Virus record (IMG/VR): IMGVR_UViG_3300021598_001271
Coordinates: 1 to 64,000 of that record
Length of the DNA stretch: 64,000 nt
Direction: 5' to 3' (one strand)
DNA from: a virus
Below, piece after piece: positions 57,861 through 64,000 of the stretch (position 1 is the first letter of the stretch; every line of letters starts with the position of its first letter). The position numbers were made by a program, and so were the translations under genes. The notes under the pieces were generated by a model that did no database searches, was not told where the DNA came from, and saw only the letters and a program-made list of their open reading frames with translations.

Positions 57861-60234
57861 ATTGACTAACTTTACTGATGTTATCGACTTTATTTATCTT
57901 AACAATTGAATCTGCCCAATTGGTCACTAAAGGATTGTGAGTAATTACAAATATCTTTTCAAAGTATTCTTTAATCTTTGTAAAGAACTCAGACACCATT
58001 TCTAAATTATCATTCGATATCTTACCAAATACCTCATCAAATACAATAATATTAGGTTTAGGTAATGAACATACTTTACTTAATACCGCTCTCAATGCTA
58101 ACGATGCTATTGTTCTTTCATAACCAGAACCTGACACCATTAGTTTCTCAACCCCTGTTGAGTTATCAATCATCCAAAACTCAACTTCGTTTTTATCAGA
58201 TATTCTAATCTCTAATCGGAAGTAAGAACTGTCTTGTAATAATCTTTGTAGTTCAGAGTTGATAAGTGGCATCATAGTCTTCATAATAATCTTACTAACA
58301 CCATTTTTACCAAACACCTCAGAATAAATCTTATAGATTCTTTCCTTCTCAAACTCCTCACCAATTTTGATTATATAATCATTGTTCTTTTTAATCTTAT
58401 CATTCAAAGTTTTAATCTGAACACCATTAGAAGTCACAGTATTCTCATACTGTCGTTTTTCTCTTTCTAATTCTTCAATCAACAAATTAGCTTTAATAAG
58501 TTTTTGTTCAACCTCATTATTACTTTTGATTTTCTCCTGAACATCAAAATACCTTTTTAATTTATCATCTAATTTTGATTTTTTAAGGTCGTTACTTTCT
58601 AAAGTTAATTCCAACTTACTCTTGATAAGTTTGTTTTTTTCGTATTGGTCAAACTCTTTTTTAAGTTGTGTGAATCCTTGTTCTTTGATGGTTAAATCCT
58701 GCATTAACCCCTCATTTTCGTTATAATTCAGTATAAACCCGTCAAGTTCAGCAATTTTTGCTTGGGTGATAGCGGCATTCATAAGGTTGATTCCACAGTG
58801 TTCACACTGTATTCCACCTTCGACAGAACTTTGAAGTTTTTTAATCTCAGAGATTTTATTATCTAACTGAACTTTAATTTTATACTTCTCGTTATACTCT
58901 TCTTTAACCTTGTCGTGTTGGTCTTCGTGATAGAAAGATGATGGTTCAACTACATTAACCTCAGATATCTCTTTAGTTAACCTACCGTTTTCATTTACAA
59001 TACCCTGAATTTCAACTTCAATACTATTTGGGTTCATAATAACCAACTCTTGGTCTATGTCGGTATGCTTAGACGAAATTAACCCTTCCTTATATTCTTG
59101 TCCCTTCCTTAGTCTCGCAGTAACATCTGAGATGTTTTTGTTGGCAGTTTCAATCTGACTTTCAAGTTCAGATATTCTTTCCTCAGAATCAACGTTTTCC
59201 TGTTTTAGAGTTTCGGTGTTATATATGTTAGACAACATACCTTTTGAAAACTCAGAATACAGTTCTTTACCAGTTTCCTCTTTCTTTTTAAGGAATTCTA
59301 AACCTAAGAATTTAGTTAATACTTGTCCTCTTGCCGTTGGCTTGGATTCAATTAAATCTTCAAGATTTGTTGCGGTGGTTAAAATGGTCATTAAGAAATC
59401 TTCTTGTTCTCCAATAGAATTCTTCATAAACTTCTCAGTTTCTCTACGTTGTTCACCAGTAAAGTTCTGTAGTTGTCCATCGGCTAAAATTTTAAAGAAG
59501 TCTAGTTCTGTTTTCACATTCCATTCTCCTGCCTTTGATTTCTTTCTCTCAATATTTCTAACAATAATATAGTCCTCACCATCTATTGTTATATACCCAC
59601 GAACTGAGACCTTATCCTTATCTGTAAATCTATTAAAGATTTCTTCTGCTTTGTTCGTCTTTGTTGTGGTATTGAAGAATAAGAACATTAACAAGTCTAC
59701 AGTCAATACTGTCTTACCACCAAAGTTAGGTGGGTCGGACTCAACAACTGTAATTCCACCACATTTCTCAAAATCCAACACTTGGTTCTCACCATAAGAT
59801 AGGAAATTAGAGAATTCGATTTTCTTAATGTACCATTTTTTAAACGCCGCAACTTCTTCTGAAGTTGATAATATTTTGTTCTCTACCGCATTATCTAATT
59901 TTAAAACCTCTTCAGTATAAGAATCATAACCTTTGGATTGTAAGAATGACTTAACCAATTCAATCTGGTAATTTTTGTCCATAATATTGAACGAAACATC
60001 AACAGTTTGCATAGTATCATCCTCAACTAATTTAACCTTAGTAATTACGTTAACATTTGTAGTAACGTACTTTTTTTGGAAATACTGTTTAACACTCTTA
60101 ATTCTTTCTTGTGTGAAGTTTTCAGGAGTGTCCTCCCAAATAACCTGTAAGTAAGGATTGTCAAGTGTTGAAACGTCAAGTTTATGACTCATAGTTTTAT
60201 AATTAAATAATTTCGGCGGATTGAACAAATCCAT
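57859..60234 (-). CDS. SbcC/Rad50/gp46-like recombination ATPase
   Basis: NFLSYG, GGKT, CEHC hook, SGYE signature, VFDEVF, ITH. Confidence 0.9.
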   Translation of the reverse strand: MDLFNPPKLFNYKTMSHKLDVSTLDNPYLQVIWEDTPENFTQERIKSVKQYFQKKYVTTNVNVITKVKLVEDDTMQTVDVSFNIMDKNYQIELVKSFLQSKGYDSYTEEVLKLDNAVENKILSTSEEVAAFKKWYIKKIEFSNFLSYGENQVLDFEKCGGITVVESDPPNFGGKTVLTVDLLMFLFFNTTTKTNKAEEIFNRFTDKDKVSVRGYITIDGEDYIIVRNIERKKSKAGEWNVKTELDFFKILADGQLQNFTGEQRRETEKFMKNSIGEQEDFLMTILTTATNLEDLIESKPTARGQVLTKFLGLEFLKKKEETGKELYSEFSKGMLSNIYNTETLKQENVDSEERISELESQIETANKNISDVTARLRKGQEYKEGLISSKHTDIDQELVIMNPNSIEVEIQGIVNENGRLTKEISEVNVVEPSSFYHEDQHDKVKEEYNEKYKIKVQLDNKISEIKKLQSSVEGGIQCEHCGINLMNAAITQAKIAELDGFILNYNENEGLMQDLTIKEQGFTQLKKEFDQYEKNKLIKSKLELTLESNDLKKSKLDDKLKRYFDVQEKIKSNNEVEQKLIKANLLIEELEREKRQYENTVTSNGVQIKTLNDKIKKNNDYIIKIGEEFEKERIYKIYSEVFGKNGVSKIIMKTMMPLINSELQRLLQDSSYFRLEIRISDKNEVEFWMIDNSTGVEKLMVSGSGYERTIASLALRAVLSKVCSLPKPNIIVFDEVFGKISNDNLEMVSEFFTKIKEYFEKIFVITHNPLVTNWADSIVKINKVDNISKVSQ

Positions 60235-60442
60235 CAGTGTTTAGTTTTATTGTTTCGCTAGTTGATGTTTCTTGATTTTGAGTTTCACCTGAAATTGATT
60301 CTCTCATTTTTTCAAGTTGTTCCATAAAAGCATCTTGGAACATTTTTTCTTGTTTTTTAATTTGAGACTTGATTAGTTGATTTCTCGCATTAACTCTTTT
60401 TCTGTGTGCTTTAGCTCCACCTCTTAACTTTGATTTTCCCAT
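60203..60442 (-). CDS. Basic hypothetical protein
   Basis: Operonic ORF. Confidence 0.6.
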   Translation of the reverse strand: MGKSKLRGGAKAHRKRVNARNQLIKSQIKKQEKMFQDAFMEQLEKMRESISGETQNQETSTSETIKLNTDGFVQSAEII

Positions 60443-60453
60443 TGTATTTGTTT

Positions 60454-60822
60454 TTATAAAATTTGATTATTTTGATTATTGTTTGGTCTGTTTTCTTCAA
60501 ACCATTCAATTATTGAATTTATCATCCAAGTTACTCCTGAAGCCAAAGCTCCGTCAAAGAACCAAGAAACATACTCATTAATACCTAATAGTTGATGTAT
60601 TGGTGAATATAGGAAAATTCCAAAGAAAAATCCAATCCAAACTGGTAAACACATCATACATCTCATCATTTCTCTAAGAAAATGAAAAAAACCATTAAAT
60701 GGGACTGTGATGTCATTACCCCATCTTTCAATTGTGTTTCGGAAACCATCCATAATTTTACCATAAACACCAATATTACTCATACCGTAAATTGTTAAAC
60801 ACCAAATAATTAATTCTGTCAT
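60454..60822 (-). CDS. Membrane protein with CxxC (DUF1360-like)
   Basis: CMMCLPVW plus TM segments. Confidence 0.6.
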   Translation of the reverse strand: MTELIIWCLTIYGMSNIGVYGKIMDGFRNTIERWGNDITVPFNGFFHFLREMMRCMMCLPVWIGFFFGIFLYSPIHQLLGINEYVSWFFDGALASGVTWMINSIIEWFEENRPNNNQNNQIL

Positions 60823-61382
60823 AATTTATCTCTTAAGTTAGAACCAGGGTGGAATCTTGCTAATTTGCTTTGAATGATTCCACTTAGGTCGTTTATTTTA
60901 ATTTCTTGTTCTTTAATTTTTTTATCTTTAGTACCAACCTCTTCTCTAAGATTTTGTAATGTTTGAGTTATCATTGATAATTTTTCATTACAATCTTTAC
61001 TACCTGTCTCGATTATATTTTTTTTAGACTCCTCTAATTCTTGAATTTTGGTTAACATTTCAATTCTTTCTTTTCTGAAATTATTTTCCATCTCATCCAT
61101 TTTTAGTGAGAATTTTTCTTCAATATATTTAATCTCCTGTTCCTTCTGTAATGTATTTTCAATCATTACCTCTTTAACCACTTCAACCTCTTTAACTACC
61201 TCGACTTCCCAAGGTTTAATTTCATCATCCTCACCAAGTAATCCATATTTTTCAATATAGTATCCTTTTTTGAAACATTCAAATCTAAATCCTTCTACGT
61301 CTTCAATCTCATTAAGTTTACAAAAACTTATAAAATCTGGCTCAAGGGGTTTACTAATAGTTAAGTAATCGTTCAGTTCCAT
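60819..61382 (-). CDS. Coiled-coil hypothetical protein
   Basis: EVVKEVEVVKEV repeat. Confidence 0.6.
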   Translation of the reverse strand: MELNDYLTISKPLEPDFISFCKLNEIEDVEGFRFECFKKGYYIEKYGLLGEDDEIKPWEVEVVKEVEVVKEVMIENTLQKEQEIKYIEEKFSLKMDEMENNFRKERIEMLTKIQELEESKKNIIETGSKDCNEKLSMITQTLQNLREEVGTKDKKIKEQEIKINDLSGIIQSKLARFHPGSNLRDKL

Positions 61383-62133
61383 CTACTAAATTTTCAATCG
61401 AGTCTATCTTAAATGATAGGAAAGGTTTAGGGTTTTTTAAGTCAACAAATTCGTAAGTATCGGTTTCAACATCGTATATGCCGTATCCGTGTTTATTAAC
61501 TGTTTCTCCAAAATTCTGTTGAATAGTCGAACCAATCATATATGCCTTCTTACCGTTTGGAATGTTGAATACCTGTCTTTTGTGAATATCACCACAAAGA
61601 ACTAAATCACATCCTGCAAACTTATTAACATCAAAACCTTCATCAAATTTATAACCTATGTCAGTTGTTAATCCTTGTACTGGTCCGTGGAATAATCCAA
61701 TATTAACATTACCATCATTTTCTATTTCAGGCGGAATATTATGGTCCATAAGCGAGTATACACACCAATTAATGTTTTGGTCTTTATATACACCTCTGTT
61801 TTTGTAATAAACAACCATTTCATTTTGAAGTGAATCAATAATTGGAGTTAATGCGTCTAATCTTGACATATTGTTCTCAAGGAAATCGTGATTACCAATT
61901 ATAACAATAGTTTTAGTAATTTTAGAACATTCTGTAAGAACCCAAGCAACAAATTCAATTAACTCAGGTGTCATCTGATTTTTACTATGAACTAAATCAC
62001 CTGTGAATACAATTCTATCAGGGGCAATTTCTTTCCATTGGGTTAAGGCATCTGTAATTATTGATTTATATAATTCGTGGTCTTTGAACAACCTGATATG
62101 TAAATCACTAAAATGTACTAGTTTTTTAATCAT
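61354..62133 (-). CDS. SbcD/Mre11/gp47-like nuclease
   Basis: SDLH, GDLVH, GNHD, FHG, GDIH. Confidence 0.9.
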   Translation of the reverse strand: MIKKLVHFSDLHIRLFKDHELYKSIITDALTQWKEIAPDRIVFTGDLVHSKNQMTPELIEFVAWVLTECSKITKTIVIIGNHDFLENNMSRLDALTPIIDSLQNEMVVYYKNRGVYKDQNINWCVYSLMDHNIPPEIENDGNVNIGLFHGPVQGLTTDIGYKFDEGFDVNKFAGCDLVLCGDIHKRQVFNIPNGKKAYMIGSTIQQNFGETVNKHGYGIYDVETDTYEFVDLKNPKPFLSFKIDSIENLVDGTERLLNY

Positions 62134-62359
62134 CGGTCTTTTTTTGTTCGTCAAATAATTTAAATTCTTCGTTAACGTGTCCACAACCATTACACATATA
62201 AGTTGGGAATGGCACTAAGGTATCTTCTGAACTACCAGTTATTAGTTTAGATACTTTCTTTAATATAACAACTTCTTTGAAGTAGTGTCCTCCACATTCT
62301 TCACAAATAACTGTAGGTTGTTGTCTTAAATCAATTTTAGGTCTTATTAAATCATCCAT
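62126..62359 (-). CDS. Zn-ribbon protein
   Basis: CEECG...CNGCG. Confidence 0.7.
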   Translation of the reverse strand: MDDLIRPKIDLRQQPTVICEECGGHYFKEVVILKKVSKLITGSSEDTLVPFPTYMCNGCGHVNEEFKLFDEQKKTDD

Positions 62360-62405
62360 ATTGTTTTTCTTTAAATTTAGGTTATTTTGTTTATTTTGTC
62401 AAATG

Positions 62406-63059
62406 TTACTTACTTTGTTTTTGAAAAATAGAAACCACATCAAATCCGTTCCATATCTCATTACCGTCATTAATTTGAATCTCTCTTTGTTCAACTATAG
62501 TCATATTATATTTCTCAACAAGCTCTTTAAAAAGAACTGCATCCATATTTGACCTACCCCCTTGGTTTTCAAAAGAATAGTCTTTCCCTCCTTTTAAATT
62601 AGAGTGGTGAATAATACCTTTACCACCAACAACTAATACTCGATATATCTCTGATAGGTAATCCTCAATCACATTTTGGTGCATATGCACAAATGAATCA
62701 TATGAATAAACTAAATCTTGTGATTCGTTTTCTATAAAAGGAATCGATTTACCGTCACAAACAAAATAATTTGAAACGTGATGTCCAAGTTTTTCTTTTG
62801 TTTTTTCAATACAAGTAGGATTTAAATCTACAACTGTAAGTTCCCCTGACAATATTGCTAAAAATTGAGTTATTCTCCCATAACCTGGTGCAATCTCTAA
62901 AATTTTTTTACCTCTAAATTCTTTTAAATCGTCAAACAGATGTTTGTTCCATAAATTTTCAGTACTACCAAACTTAGTTGACCATTCGTGACCTCCGTCA
63001 GTCCAAACTTCTTGGTTATCCCAATAACGTTGTTCATCAATGTTATAAAATTTCTCCAT
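62406..63059 (-). CDS. Class I SAM-dependent methyltransferase
   Basis: LEIAPGYGR, VD, DLVYSYDSFVH, RVL..GG. Confidence 0.85.
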   Translation of the reverse strand: MEKFYNIDEQRYWDNQEVWTDGGHEWSTKFGSTENLWNKHLFDDLKEFRGKKILEIAPGYGRITQFLAILSGELTVVDLNPTCIEKTKEKLGHHVSNYFVCDGKSIPFIENESQDLVYSYDSFVHMHQNVIEDYLSEIYRVLVVGGKGIIHHSNLKGGKDYSFENQGGRSNMDAVLFKELVEKYNMTIVEQREIQINDGNEIWNGFDVVSIFQKQSK

Positions 63060-63061
63060 AA

Positions 63062-63919
63062 TTATTTTTTTAAATACTGTTTCATATCCATATCTAAAAT
63101 GGTGGTTATCACATCTTTAGGTACTCTGTATTCTTGGAAGTCAGAACTATCTTTTAAGTGAACAATAATACACCCGTATAATCTTAAATTACCATATTTA
63201 CTACCTTCTAACATCTTTAATAGAAGTTTAGCGTAGAATGGTAATTGTAAATAATAGTGTCCCAAAGCAGTACTTGGGTGTTTTTGGAATGGAGGATACA
63301 TTGGTTTAGTAAAACTATTCGTTTGAAAGTTTTTTTCTTTATTGGTCTTCCAATCTGTTATAATTAATCCAAATTCGGTTAATTCTTTATTAAAAATTAA
63401 CCATACTTTATCAGGTTGTCCTGTATATCCAAGTTCAGGATGTCCTAATACCATCTCAGTGTCAAGTAAAATAGCGCCTCTATCATTCATTAAGTTAAGA
63501 AATTTAGTTCCCGCAGAAACCATACTATCTCCTTTTAATATTTGTTCAATATCACAATCAAATATAGGTTGTCTAACTTCTTTATATTTCCCAAACATAT
63601 CTATCGTCTTCTTCTCTAATAGAAAATGTACACGAGAACCCATATTGGTTGAGTAGTCACCTGCCGCAGCCCACTCTTTAATTAATCTTTCCATCTCATC
63701 AGGGTCTCCTCCTGATTTGTTATAAGCAGCCTCTTCAGTTGGGAATTCTTTATAGAACTTTTTAATTACTTTAGATACAGAAGGGAAATCGGTTCTAACC
63801 TTTCCATCCAAATCTTTCATTGTGTATGAGTGAGTATCTTCAGTAAATGTTAACCCTAACTCATCTTGTTTTTTTGAGATAATTTCTCTTATCTCTTTTG
63901 CAATATCCTCTAAATTCAT
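63062..63919 (-). CDS. PD-(D/E)XK exonuclease (RecB-like)
   Basis: PSVS, GSRVH, E..GQPD..DWKT, Y.LQL..Y. Confidence 0.8.
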   Translation of the reverse strand: MNLEDIAKEIREIISKKQDELGLTFTEDTHSYTMKDLDGKVRTDFPSVSKVIKKFYKEFPTEEAAYNKSGGDPDEMERLIKEWAAAGDYSTNMGSRVHFLLEKKTIDMFGKYKEVRQPIFDCDIEQILKGDSMVSAGTKFLNLMNDRGAILLDTEMVLGHPELGYTGQPDKVWLIFNKELTEFGLIITDWKTNKEKNFQTNSFTKPMYPPFQKHPSTALGHYYLQLPFYAKLLLKMLEGSKYGNLRLYGCIIVHLKDSSDFQEYRVPKDVITTILDMDMKQYLKK

Positions 63920-64000
63920 TTATTTCATTTTATAATAATAATCGTTTATTTCACCTCTTAAATCACACACGTCCTTATCAACAGGTAATTTTACAATCTT
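63920..64000 (-). CDS. C-terminal end of a gene truncated by the window, probably DNA primase (TOPRIM)
   Basis: KIVKLPVDKDVCDLRGEINDYYYKMK*. Confidence 0.5.
   Translation of the reverse strand, partial: KIVKLPVDKDVCDLRGEINDYYYKMK

Noticed and set aside
1393-63656. Many short ORFs nested in or antisense to larger genes (e.g. 5079..5561, 16625..16996, 33289..33768, 59216..59572)
   Set aside because: Shadow frames of well-supported genes with Ser/Ile/Phe-biased composition
63062-63919. Cas4 as part of a CRISPR system
   Set aside because: No Fe-S cysteine cluster, no cas neighbours, and a replication-gene context
1-64000. CRISPR array, tRNA or rRNA genes
   Set aside because: No regularly spaced direct repeats or cloverleafs found in any intergenic gap
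1-64000. Stop-codon reassignment
   Set aside because: Coding density is high in code 11, and TAA, TAG and TGA all end recognisable genes

Overview
AT-rich (roughly 30% GC by eye), densely coding 64-kb segment of a large lytic bacteriophage (jumbo-phage-like). The host is probably a Bacteroidetes: TAnnTTTG promoters, a short RpoD lacking region 1.1, and a GS type II and histone-H1-like gene of Bacteroidetes style. Standard genetic code; no tRNA, rRNA or CRISPR array seen. Recognisable genes: RNA ligase, CCA-adding enzyme, SmpB, HD alarmone-hydrolase-like protein, catalytic-domain-only class II aaRS, ThyA, RmlC, GS, two DNA methyltransferases, Trx/Grx, DnaJ, sigma-70, SbcCD, lysis-type genes, two HNH nucleases. 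Strongest unexplained signals: (1) a ~900-nt GC-richer, highly base-paired non-coding RNA (GOLLD-like) behind three tandem promoters and upstream of smpB; (2) about 15 unrelated proteins sharing an N-terminal 'MKIxITExQ / hhxxhLxE' leader, most with TATTTAT just upstream, suggesting a capsid-cargo addressing and processing system whose payloads include SET, DHH, LRR, OmpA-like, HExxH and nuclease domains; (3) a DIP1984-like gene followed by a closed ~190-nt structured RNA; (4) an Asn-rich leader peptide plus terminator upstream of the aaRS-like gene; (5) a compact pseudoknot RNA; (6) apparent GATC avoidance. Family names come from motif recognition only; no search was run.
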